IMG/VR virus record: IMGVR_UViG_3300037042_001212
Span: 16,528 to 80,527 of that record
DNA: 64,000 nucleotides
Origin: a virus
Strand: one strand, 5' to 3'
Shown: positions 36,422 to 44,957 of the stretch, piece by piece
Layout: each line of letters begins with the position of its first letter
Numbering within the stretch: the stretch's first letter is position 1
Notes under the pieces: generated by a model
Databases searched by the model: none
What the model was told of the DNA's origin: nothing
The model's input: the letters and a program-made list of their open reading frames with translations, nothing else
Position numbers and translations under genes: made by a program

Positions 36422-36802
36422 CTAGGTAACCGCTATTGTAACCGTGCCAATACTAACCGTTAAAGCCAAATTATTTGGGGTCAACGCCGCATTAGAGCCG
36501 CCCACCGGGTTCCAGCCCCACTGGATGATCCTGCTACCCCCGCTAGGGTATCCATCGCCCCCTACCCCGGACGTTACATAGCTCGTATCAGGGCGGGGGT
36601 TGCGTACAGCCTGTGGGTCGTTGACCGGATATAGACCCAGCGACAACTGCGGCTGGTCAGGCTCCCAGCATGTCGGGCAAACGAGGATATTGGTTATTTT
36701 CGTCTTGATCGTTAGCGGCTTCAGCGCAGTCAATTTATACCGGAACCCGCACCTATCGCACTCGGCTATGGAATTTCTAGCACTGGCAAATTGATTGGGC
36801 AT
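36422..36802 (-). CDS. CxxC-containing virion-module protein
   Basis: ECDRCGFRY...VCPTCWEPDQPQL...DPQAVRNPRPD. Confidence 0.65.
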   Translation of the reverse strand: MPNQFASARNSIAECDRCGFRYKLTALKPLTIKTKITNILVCPTCWEPDQPQLSLGLYPVNDPQAVRNPRPDTSYVTSGVGGDGYPSGGSRIIQWGWNPVGGSNAALTPNNLALTVSIGTVTIAVT

Positions 36803-36805
36803 TCC

Positions 36806-37528
36806 CTACCCTATGAACATCTGGCGCGGAACAAAGCGCACCGGAGCCTTCTCCCGGTCTTCTTCGGCGGCAAGGGCAAACTGTTGCTCATAGTCAGCCT
36901 TCAGCTCCATCCGCCGCCCCGGGTCTACATTCGGCAGCTTCATGGACAGGTAGTAGGCCAAACCCGCCACCATGCACGGAAGGAACCGGAAGGGGATGTC
37001 TTGCCCGTTGATGCCGTTGCCAGCGTCCTGCATACGCCGCAGCCGCCAGTAGACAAAGGTGTAGGTCTGGGAGTTGTCGGGAGTCGGCCAGACGTGAATC
37101 TGGGGGTACTCGACGACGTTGGTGGAGTCCGTTGCCCCGGTCTTGCGCTGGAACCACAGCTGAATCGGGCGACCCGTAGCGTTCTTGTTCGGGATCGTGG
37201 CGTAGGTCGAAACGCTGATCCGGGAGATGTTGATGTCCGTCTGGTTGGTGCCGGTGCCGGTGCGGATAACGTGATCCAGAAGGTCAATGGTGTCCACCGG
37301 CATGTCGTAATCTGCCGTTCCGGAAGTCAGCACCTGCGACCCCTGCTCAATAGTCCACAGGTTAATGCCGCGATTGGCCCACTCGATGGTCAACAGGTTA
37401 AGCGACCGCCGCGCAGTGCGTAGATCGTAGCCGGAGCGGAGTTCCGCCCCGCAGCGCTCGAACGACTCCTCAACCAGCTGGTTCAGGTCAAGGTTGAACG
37501 CGGTTGTATCAGTGGTTTTCAGGGCCAT
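36806..37528 (-). CDS. head-tail adaptor protein
   Basis: ARRSLNLL..EWANRG.NLW, WPTPD, GLAYYLS. Confidence 0.65.
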   Translation of the reverse strand: MALKTTDTTAFNLDLNQLVEESFERCGAELRSGYDLRTARRSLNLLTIEWANRGINLWTIEQGSQVLTSGTADYDMPVDTIDLLDHVIRTGTGTNQTDINISRISVSTYATIPNKNATGRPIQLWFQRKTGATDSTNVVEYPQIHVWPTPDNSQTYTFVYWRLRRMQDAGNGINGQDIPFRFLPCMVAGLAYYLSMKLPNVDPGRRMELKADYEQQFALAAEEDREKAPVRFVPRQMFIG

Positions 37529-37761
37529 TATCTATATCCCGCTGTTTTTCTAGCTACGCTCTTGGGTTGAGCTACAAATTGCTTACCTGCTGCCTTGCCT
37601 TTGCGTTTAGCCTTGGTAGTAGCAGCATACTCAGCGGGACTGAGAGCCTTGATAGCGGCTTCCGGCAAATACCGCTCCCCGGTCTTACTGGAGGGCTTAC
37701 CTGACTTAGTGCGCCATTTCTGGTCGCCCCAACTCTTAAGGGATTGCTGAGGGGCTTTCAT
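37528..37761 (-). CDS. small basic protein resembling the C-terminal half of DUF5872-like proteins
   Basis: QQSLKSWGDQKWRTKSG...ERYLP; family recognised from memory. Confidence 0.55.
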   Translation of the reverse strand: MKAPQQSLKSWGDQKWRTKSGKPSSKTGERYLPEAAIKALSPAEYAATTKAKRKGKAAGKQFVAQPKSVARKTAGYR

Positions 37762-38348
37762 CCTTTGTACCCGCCGCCCTTGGCCTTGTAATTCTTTGCC
37801 AACAGCTGTGCCTTACGAGCACTCCACTGACCTGCACCCGTACCCTGCACCGCCCGAGCCTTGATGCTTTTGAACATCGACTCGCGCATACCGGGTTTAG
37901 TGTAGTTGCCTGCCTGATTAACTTTAGATTTGGTAGTTGCGCCGCCGGACTTAAACCGCTTGTTATACACCACGCCTGCACCCGTAGCCCGGCCCGTTAG
38001 TTTATGGTCTTCGGGCTTGACAACGAACCCTTGAATGTAGGGAGATAGAGTAGCGTTTATGCCTACCGGCATGTCGTAACTTAGACGCCCGCCCACACTT
38101 GTCGCGTACTTATCTTTGCCACCACTGCCTTCAAAACGGAGGCCAGAAGGGTTATCACGACGTTGTTTTCGTTCTTCTACATCCTGCGCCATATCCTTCT
38201 TGTCGGACTTGCCGCCCTCGTTAAAGCGCCGCACCTTGCCGCCCTTCTTGTAGAGCTTTACAGGCTCGTCCCCATCCCGCTTCTTCACGGTCCGGGTTCT
38301 GGGCATTTTACTGGGGGCAATCGCCCCCATGCCGCGAGAGGGGCGCAT
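37758..38348 (-). CDS. mosaic basic protein with xxKGG motifs, a beta-strand segment and a DUF5872-like N-half
   Basis: YKKGG, FNEGG, FKSGG; NYTKPGMR...WSARKAQLLAKNYKAKGGGY. Confidence 0.6.
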   Translation of the reverse strand: MRPSRGMGAIAPSKMPRTRTVKKRDGDEPVKLYKKGGKVRRFNEGGKSDKKDMAQDVEERKQRRDNPSGLRFEGSGGKDKYATSVGGRLSYDMPVGINATLSPYIQGFVVKPEDHKLTGRATGAGVVYNKRFKSGGATTKSKVNQAGNYTKPGMRESMFKSIKARAVQGTGAGQWSARKAQLLAKNYKAKGGGYKG

Positions 38349-38602
38349 CAGCAGGCCCGACCGCCCTTAGCCATCTTGACCATCGTACCCTTGGTTTTGC
38401 CGCGAGACTCAATACCGCCGCCCTTGGCGAACTTCGGGGTCTTCTCTTCATCCTTTTTCTTGAAAAGGAAAAACGGTTTCTTGCCCGACTTTTTTTCAGC
38501 TTTCATGTTCCCACCTTTCGACTTGGTTGACTCAAATGGCATGTCAAGCTTCCCATGCGCGGTGTCGGGTCGGTTGATCTTGGCTTGAGTGCTGGCACCC
38601 AT
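38348..38602 (-). CDS. small basic protein
   Basis: FAKGG, MAKGG, GKTKG motifs. Confidence 0.6.
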   Translation of the reverse strand: MGASTQAKINRPDTAHGKLDMPFESTKSKGGNMKAEKKSGKKPFFLFKKKDEEKTPKFAKGGGIESRGKTKGTMVKMAKGGRAC

Positions 38603-38910
38603 CAGATCATCCGGCCCTTGGTCTTGCCCTTGGTCGCAATGCCGTCAGCGCGGCGGGATGCGGAGGATTTTATGGAACCACCCTTCTTGAACAGCTTACC
38701 CTTGCCCATTTCAGTTCGGGTCGTTGGAGCGGTTTTGTAACCCTTATCTGTCAACCTATCCATTTCTCGGTACGCAGCGTCAAGCTCTGGGACAGGTTTC
38801 CCCGCCTTTCGATCCGCTTCCAAAGCGCGAATCCGGTCTTCCAATGGTAGTTTAGGCGCAGGCGGGGGTGTGGGCGCGGGTGTAGATTTATCAGCCATAT
38901 CATTCTCCAT
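38602..38910 (-). CDS. small basic protein
   Basis: FKKGG...RRADGIATKGKTKGRMI. Confidence 0.6.
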   Translation of the reverse strand: MENDMADKSTPAPTPPPAPKLPLEDRIRALEADRKAGKPVPELDAAYREMDRLTDKGYKTAPTTRTEMGKGKLFKKGGSIKSSASRRADGIATKGKTKGRMI

Positions 38911-38919
38911 TTGCTTCGT

Positions 38920-39111
38920 TCATATTGATTTATCCCTAACAAATAGTTTACTGATGGGTTTGCCCGAGACCATCTCGATAATCCGCATACCTGTCCAGAT
39001 GATACTAAACAGCGCCGCGATGGCAGGCAACATCTCAAAAAAAGCACCGAACGCTGTAAAGATTGAAGCGGCGTCAATGAGTGACTTTACTTGATCCGTG
39101 GGTTCCGTCAT
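38920..39111 (-). CDS. small membrane protein (holin-like)
   Basis: 63 aa with a long hydrophobic segment. Confidence 0.55.
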   Translation of the reverse strand: MTEPTDQVKSLIDAASIFTAFGAFFEMLPAIAALFSIIWTGMRIIEMVSGKPISKLFVRDKSI

Positions 39112-39112
39112 G

Positions 39113-39361
39113 TCAGCATTTCCATGCTCGAAGGCTCTTGTTAATTCTGCTGTTCGGGTCGTTCGCGGTCTTCTTGGAAGTCAGCTTCTTTTTCATACCG
39201 GACATTCTGGCACAGAAGCTGTCTTTCCTTGAGCCACCCTCGGGCTGCGGCGCTTTCAATCCGGGCTTTCCGGGATTGGCCGCGTTGTAAGAAGCCCTCC
39301 CTCTCGCGTTCAGACCACCCTTGGGGTTCTTGCCTTCTTTTCTTGTCCATGCTTGTGTCAA
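39113..39361 (-). CDS. small basic phage protein
   Basis: AWTRKEGKNPKGGLN...RKDSFCARM...SLRAWKC; probable TTG start overlapping the upstream stop. Confidence 0.6.
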   Translation of the reverse strand: MTQAWTRKEGKNPKGGLNARGRASYNAANPGKPGLKAPQPEGGSRKDSFCARMSGMKKKLTSKKTANDPNSRINKSLRAWKC

Positions 39362-39546
39362 TTTCCGCTCCAAACTGGTTTCGGGTAAACGTCTTCCGTT
39401 TCTTCTACGAGGCCGCACTTGTCGCAAACATGGGTGAACGGCTTATCCTTATACTTAACACTGAACTTGTGCTGGAACTCACCGCCACAGTCACACATCA
39501 GGCGCTCTACCACCCAAGTAATCGGGGATACTGTTACGTTGCTCAC
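39358..39546 (-). CDS. small zinc-ribbon protein
   Basis: MCDCGG...HVCDKCG...YP. Confidence 0.6.
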   Translation of the reverse strand: MSNVTVSPITWVVERLMCDCGGEFQHKFSVKYKDKPFTHVCDKCGLVEETEDVYPKPVWSGN

Positions 39547-40295
39547 GCCGCGTCACTCATGGTTTGCTGCGAGATCATGGACGGGTACAGCACGTCAGCA
39601 CCAAAGTCGCTCTTATGCTCAATCACACCCATGTGACCCAGCTTGATAGTCGGGTCAACCCACACCTCAAACCCAGCCTCACGCGCACGATCACAGAAGA
39701 GGAAGTCCTCGCCAATCATGCCTTCAGGGGTAACCAAGAAGTCAAAGAAGCTGTAGAGCGTTTGCGGGCTGTTGGTATCCATATGCTTCCACTCAGGATG
39801 CTGTTCCGCCAGCGTGGTGAAGACTTGCTTCTGGATCATCATAAACCCAGTGGCCACGCGGAAAGCCCTAACAAGACCGTCTTCGTCCATCGTGACTTTG
39901 CCGCGAGCGCCGTTGATTCCGTCACCACCATCCAGCGACAGGATGTAGGTCTTCGGTTCTTTGCGGGCTAAGTAAGCACCGGCAACAATCCCACGGGTCT
40001 GGCCCCATGCCATCAACCGAATGACTGACTCAGGCTCAAACGTCATGTCCGCATCGATGAACATCAGGTGATCACAATCAGACTCCAAGAACTGCTTGGC
40101 AATGACGTTACGCGCACGGGAGACAACAGAACAACCACAGATGCTATTCACCTGTATATCAATCCCGTGCTGCAACACGATCTGGCTGAGTTTCATCAAC
40201 GAAACCGCCATGCTTACAGTTACTTTATGATCGTAAGCCGGAAGGCCAATCATCAGCTTCTTACCGGCCAGATTAAACCCTTTGTTGGTTTGCAT
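39543..40295 (-). CDS. GT-A-fold glycosyltransferase-like protein (second paralog)
   Basis: MIGLPAY, SRARN, FIDADM, ATGFMMI, GEDFLFC, LGHMG. Confidence 0.75.
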   Translation of the reverse strand: MQTNKGFNLAGKKLMIGLPAYDHKVTVSMAVSLMKLSQIVLQHGIDIQVNSICGCSVVSRARNVIAKQFLESDCDHLMFIDADMTFEPESVIRLMAWGQTRGIVAGAYLARKEPKTYILSLDGGDGINGARGKVTMDEDGLVRAFRVATGFMMIQKQVFTTLAEQHPEWKHMDTNSPQTLYSFFDFLVTPEGMIGEDFLFCDRAREAGFEVWVDPTIKLGHMGVIEHKSDFGADVLYPSMISQQTMSDAA

Positions 40296-40365
40296 TGCGT
40301 TCCTATTTCGCAGGGGGGTAGTGTGCGTCCATATTATCCGTATTTCGAGCTAAGTTGCAACCCGC

Positions 40366-41172
40366 CTAATCGTCAAATATGTAGATCGGCCGCATGGCTG
40401 CAGGCGGCGCGTAGGTGCCTGTGTAGATACCACCGGGGCCGTAAATAACTCCCAAACGAACGTCAGCTTCTGCAGGATACGGTGAAAAGTAAACAAGAGT
40501 CGCGTTATTCCCGGTATAGGCATACGCCCCAGCGTTGGCCGTCAGGAACCGACCCCTTGCCAGTGACGCATTCTGACCCGTGTAGGCATAAGCTCCGGCG
40601 CTGGCAATAATCCCCCGAGCAACCTGCAGAATCGCTGACTGTCCGGTGTAGGCATAAGAGCCGGTGCTGGCAGTGAGAGTCCGCCCTCTGGACAGGGATG
40701 CGTTCTGACCGGTGTATGGGTAGCTCCCGGCATTGGCAGTGAGTGATTGGGCGACGTTTAGTGCTGCTGTCTGGCCCGTATACGCGTACGAACCAGCGTT
40801 GGCCGTTAGCGTGTAGTTAGTTGACCCAGCCGTGTAGGTGAGGTCTGCGGTCTGTCCGGTGTAGGCGTAAGCACCGGCATTGGCAGTTAGGGCATATGCA
40901 CGACCTAGAACTGCTGTCTGGCCTGTGTATGCGTAGGAGCCAGCGTTAGCGGTGAGGGAGTAGCTCCTCCCAAGCGTTGCTGTCTGACCGGTGTAGGCGT
41001 AAGAGCCTGCATTCGCCGTAAGCGTATACGCAACCGGCCCAACATCACTGATGTTGATCGGCGGATTCGGATCGTGCCCTGCGGTTCCCGGTTGCCACTG
41101 CCAGCTAGGTGCAAGCTGGTCGTTTTGCAGGAATACTGCAACGCCGTTAGGGGCTACTACCCTGTTTGTCAT
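40366..41172 (-). CDS. repeat-rich fibre/spike-like structural protein
   Basis: Eight ~22-aa LTANAGSYAYTGQxA repeats. Confidence 0.7.
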   Translation of the reverse strand: MTNRVVAPNGVAVFLQNDQLAPSWQWQPGTAGHDPNPPINISDVGPVAYTLTANAGSYAYTGQTATLGRSYSLTANAGSYAYTGQTAVLGRAYALTANAGAYAYTGQTADLTYTAGSTNYTLTANAGSYAYTGQTAALNVAQSLTANAGSYPYTGQNASLSRGRTLTASTGSYAYTGQSAILQVARGIIASAGAYAYTGQNASLARGRFLTANAGAYAYTGNNATLVYFSPYPAEADVRLGVIYGPGGIYTGTYAPPAAMRPIYIFDD

Positions 41173-41189
41173 GGGCTACCCCTTACGCG

Positions 41190-42326
41190 TCAGCCGCTAA
41201 GTAGCGTTATGAATCCCGCATAAGTCGTTGCAGTTGTGGCGCTCTTGAAGTATTCGAGGAACGTCAAGGCGGCATCGTCGTAGATGCGCTCCAGATTGAA
41301 CGACGAGTTAATACCGTCAAGAACGACTGACTGGTGGGCCACACCGGCGGCGGGAAGCAGTGCAATCGGGTGGGCGATCATCTGATCCACGTTACCGGTC
41401 GCTGCGGCGGACAGGTTGTGAACGGTGATGTTTCTCAGTCCGGTATCCCCGCTGTTCAACGGGTAAAACCAAACAGGCTGCGTATACGGTATGGTGCCGA
41501 CCGCCGAGGATACCCGAATTGCTAACGCTGACCCTGCTTCAGCGGTATTGCCGTCCTGATCCACATAAGTCAGGGTAAGGTTATTGGAGGTAGCGTTAAG
41601 AACGGTAGTGACATTAGCGGAGATAAAGTTCCCCGGCGCTGTCGTGGCAGTCTGATACCGCGTCGGAACACCGGACACCGCGACGTTGCCACTGGTCGCC
41701 ATGTTGAAGTTGGCACCAAAAAGCAAGTCCACGAGCATCAGGCTCGTGCCACCGGCAAGGGTGTTGGTGCCAATCCAGTTGACAAAGTGGAGCGTGTCGC
41801 CCACACCAGCATTAAACTGTTTCAAAGCGCCGGTGGTTGCGTTGGTGTATACAGTTCCGCCCGGGGCAACGGCAGCAACTGCGCCGGAGCTTGGGAGTGT
41901 GGCATTACGCCACAGCCATTGCGAGGAGCCAATCGCTGGCGCAGTTGCGCCGACCTTCTGATAAATCGATGTCTGCTTCTTACTGCTAACCGTGGCTTCC
42001 GAGATCATGTCGGACAGTGAGGTGAACCCGGCGTTTAAACTGCCATGCCGAACCCGTGCGGCTCGCTTTACCCGGCCTGCGATGTAATCAACCAGATTGC
42101 CGTAATAGCCGCCACGTATGGGGCCGCAGAAATCGCCATCCCCGCAGGCGTAGACGCGCCCGGGAACACCAGCAATAGGCACGGGAGGGCCATACCAACC
42201 CTTCATCCGCTTCGATATGGACTCCACTTCTTCCGCCCCAAGCCAACGCTCCAGCTTCTGCGCCGGGGTGGCCCTAACCAGATAGCGGTCAATATCGAGG
42301 GTGTTGTCGCTGAATACAGTTTTCAT
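41190..42326 (-). CDS. structural protein, tandem paralog 2
   Basis: Start MKTVFSDN at the TAATG overlap; similar end-to-end to 42326..43504. Confidence 0.7.
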   Translation of the reverse strand: MKTVFSDNTLDIDRYLVRATPAQKLERWLGAEEVESISKRMKGWYGPPVPIAGVPGRVYACGDGDFCGPIRGGYYGNLVDYIAGRVKRAARVRHGSLNAGFTSLSDMISEATVSSKKQTSIYQKVGATAPAIGSSQWLWRNATLPSSGAVAAVAPGGTVYTNATTGALKQFNAGVGDTLHFVNWIGTNTLAGGTSLMLVDLLFGANFNMATSGNVAVSGVPTRYQTATTAPGNFISANVTTVLNATSNNLTLTYVDQDGNTAEAGSALAIRVSSAVGTIPYTQPVWFYPLNSGDTGLRNITVHNLSAAATGNVDQMIAHPIALLPAAGVAHQSVVLDGINSSFNLERIYDDAALTFLEYFKSATTATTYAGFITLLSG

Positions 42327-43504
42327 TAGCCACTCGCAAGCATGATGGTTCCGGTATAGGAAGTCGCCCCAGTCCCGCCCTTGTAGAACTCCATCAAGGC
42401 CAAGCAAGCGCCATTATATACGCGCTCAAATTGAAACGCGCTATTTACGCCGTCAATGACAGACCATGCTTGGCCGGTGATAGCGCCCCCCTGATTGATT
42501 GGAATGATAGCCAAAGGATGGGCGATCATACGGGCTACATAGCCGCCGTTTCCTGCGCTGAAGGCGATGTTTGTTGCGTTACGCAAGCCAGTATCACCAG
42601 CGTTTAAGTTAACAAACCAAATTGGCGGGGTATGCGGAATAGTCCCGACTGCAGAGTTGATTCGGATTGGAAGCACCGTAGCCATGGCTTCAGGGGCATT
42701 GCCATCCTGATCGACGTAGGTGACAGTTAGGTTGGCAGCGGTAGCGCCTAGCGTCGCAGTAGTATCGCCAGACATAAAGTTTCCGGGAGCGGTAGTCGCT
42801 GTTTGATACCTTGTCGGAACACCGGTGATGGGGTTGCTCGTCACGTTGTATTGGACGTTGGCGTCCCACAGATAATCCACCAACATCAAAGAGCCACAGG
42901 CTGCGGTTTGAGCGCCAACGCCAGCGCCACTGATGAAGAATGTAGTATTTGTTCCGGCATCTGATATTTGCCTGAACCCGCCGACAGACGTATTGGTGTA
43001 GGCGGTGCCCCCGGGCGTGGTTGCAACGGAACCCGGAGCAGCCCTTTGGATTGGAACGGCCCCTTGGTGAAACAACCATGCTGATGCGGATGCAGAGGGC
43101 TGGGTAACGCCGGTCTTGTAGAAGTTGAACTTCTGACCAAGGCCACCGTATTTTACGTCGTTAATGAGGGCTTCCAGCGAAGCAAAGCCCGAGTTTAACT
43201 GATACTGAGGACGCGCAGAGACTCGCAGGAAATTGCGAACTCGTGAAGCAGAGAATTCGAGAAGATTACCAAAGTAACCGCCATAAATAGGGCCGCAGAA
43301 ATCACCGCCTGCACAGGCATACACCCTCCCCGGAATACCAGCGACAGGAATTGGCGGGCCATACCAATTCCGCATCTTCATTGAAATGCCTTCGACGGTC
43401 TCAGTCCCAAGCCAACGCTCCAGCTTTTGGGCTGGCGTAGCTCTCAACAAATACCTGTCGAGGTCAACGGTGTTACCTGAAAATACGCTCTTTACGCTAC
43501 GCAA
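42326..43504 (-). CDS. structural protein, tandem paralog 1 (start uncertain)
   Basis: RATPAQKLERWLG...WYGPP...GDFCGPI shared with paralog 2; TTG start only. Confidence 0.7.
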   Translation of the reverse strand: MRSVKSVFSGNTVDLDRYLLRATPAQKLERWLGTETVEGISMKMRNWYGPPIPVAGIPGRVYACAGGDFCGPIYGGYFGNLLEFSASRVRNFLRVSARPQYQLNSGFASLEALINDVKYGGLGQKFNFYKTGVTQPSASASAWLFHQGAVPIQRAAPGSVATTPGGTAYTNTSVGGFRQISDAGTNTTFFISGAGVGAQTAACGSLMLVDYLWDANVQYNVTSNPITGVPTRYQTATTAPGNFMSGDTTATLGATAANLTVTYVDQDGNAPEAMATVLPIRINSAVGTIPHTPPIWFVNLNAGDTGLRNATNIAFSAGNGGYVARMIAHPLAIIPINQGGAITGQAWSVIDGVNSAFQFERVYNGACLALMEFYKGGTGATSYTGTIMLASG

Positions 43505-43677
43505 GGGCCAGCCCAGTCTTCAACGGGCTCCGGAACCACCCAAGAGCCAGAGCCATCAGGAACCGGATTAGGTGAACCGTAATCCGGGTGAACAAACTCA
43601 ATAGTAACGCCGCACAAGGAGCAGTTGAAAGTTACCCCGTGTGGTGCGTCAGAAACTACTGAGAAATTATGGGCCAA
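43492..43677 (-). CDS. small CxxC protein
   Basis: FNCSLCG; probable TTG start near the upstream stop. Confidence 0.45.
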   Translation of the reverse strand: MAHNFSVVSDAPHGVTFNCSLCGVTIEFVHPDYGSPNPVPDGSGSWVVPEPVEDWAGPCVA

Positions 43678-44086
43678 CTGTGAAGACTCCGTTCGCGGCA
43701 TCCAACGTCACGGCAAACGTATCGCCTGAAGTCAGCGTGATGGACGAGCCGTAGTCCCAGTAAGCAATTGGCTGCAAAGTCGTGCTGTTCCAGAGAATCG
43801 CGTAGCGAAGCGGCCCAACGGAGCCGGTGGCCGTCCACGTTGTCGGGGAGTTCAGCACCAGCTTATAGACCCCAGCCGTCTGCGTGGATGTAGACGTTGT
43901 GGCAGGACTGCCCCCTGCTGTGTACCCGTTACCGGTAGCAAGGTCAGTCGTGCCTGAAGTGAAGGTAGTGTCGGCGATGTTGACAGTATTCGCCAAAGCA
44001 ACATACCACGCATTGGTTCCAGCGTTGATCCCTTCGACAAGGAACTCAACACCAGAGGTGTATTTGACATAAGAAGCGGTTGGCAT
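43667..44086 (-). CDS. virion structural protein (paralog C)
   Basis: VALAN..GNGYTAGG..RYAILWN..YWDYG. Confidence 0.6.
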   Translation of the reverse strand: MPTASYVKYTSGVEFLVEGINAGTNAWYVALANTVNIADTTFTSGTTDLATGNGYTAGGSPATTSTSTQTAGVYKLVLNSPTTWTATGSVGPLRYAILWNSTTLQPIAYWDYGSSITLTSGDTFAVTLDAANGVFTVGP

Positions 44087-44087
44087 T

Positions 44088-44429
44088 TCAGATTTCCTCT
44101 AGAAGAAAGGTGACAGCCACCTCGGCGGCTTCACTCAAATTCACAATCAGTGAGGCATCGACTGCACCGGTGGTCATTTGCCTCTTGCTAATCGCATACA
44201 CCCTGTATTTCTCCTGCGCCCCGAGAAATATCTTGATCAACGGAGACGCCGCCGAACCGGGGTCATTGATAGCGTAGCTCCATCGCAATCGAACGCGCTT
44301 GCCTGATGCCGGGGTGTATATAGTCGTGCTACCGGATGCAATGATAGTGCCGACAATATGAGTAAACTCTTGTTCAGCACTGTCACCGTCATAGTAGTAG
44401 CTCATGCCACTGCCGACTACCCCAGCCAT
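44088..44429 (-). CDS. hypothetical structural-module protein
   Basis: 113 aa, tightly packed in the operon. Confidence 0.55.
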   Translation of the reverse strand: MAGVVGSGMSYYYDGDSAEQEFTHIVGTIIASGSTTIYTPASGKRVRLRWSYAINDPGSAASPLIKIFLGAQEKYRVYAISKRQMTTGAVDASLIVNLSEAAEVAVTFLLEEI

Positions 44430-44430
44430 A

Positions 44431-44955
44431 TCAGCCGATCTTCGCTTTCAGGCTTTCAAGTGCGTCTTCGATTGACTTCTTCTTGGCTTCAAGCGCCGTA
44501 ATCTCAACTTCGAGATCGGCCTTCTGCTGCTTGGCCTCGGCGTTGGCCTTGGCTTTTGCAACAGCGGCTTCACGCTCTACGGACTGCAACTCGGAACCGG
44601 CAGCGGTAGCCTTCGCTTTGATGCGGGCAACCTCCACCTCAACCTCTTCGTCAATCTTAACGATGTGAGCCTTGGCGTCAGCAACATACTTATCGTATCC
44701 GCTCTTGGCTTCGGCTTGGCTCTCATTCAGCTTCTGGATGTTCGCGGCAACGGACTCACGAACCGGATCGATGCGGGCCTCTTCGTCAGCAATTTTCTGC
44801 TGGACAGCTTGAAGCTGCCGTTCGATGGTAGCAACACCGCGCTTTAACTCTTCCTCACGATCAGCGGCCTCAATAACCGCAGGCAAAGCCTGAAGCATCG
44901 GTGCCCACAGATCGTAAAACTTCTGAAGCTCTCTTGGATTGAGATTCATGCTCAC
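44431..44955 (-). CDS. coiled-coil protein
   Basis: A/E/K-rich heptad pattern; GAGGTG RBS. Confidence 0.6.
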   Translation of the reverse strand: MSMNLNPRELQKFYDLWAPMLQALPAVIEAADREEELKRGVATIERQLQAVQQKIADEEARIDPVRESVAANIQKLNESQAEAKSGYDKYVADAKAHIVKIDEEVEVEVARIKAKATAAGSELQSVEREAAVAKAKANAEAKQQKADLEVEITALEAKKKSIEDALESLKAKIG

Positions 44956-44957
44956 CT

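Noticed and set aside
30046-43504. Diversity-generating retroelement or shufflon acting on fibre genes
   Set aside because: No reverse transcriptase or recombinase seen; repeats are intragenic coding duplications without an adenine-specific mismatch pattern that I could detect.
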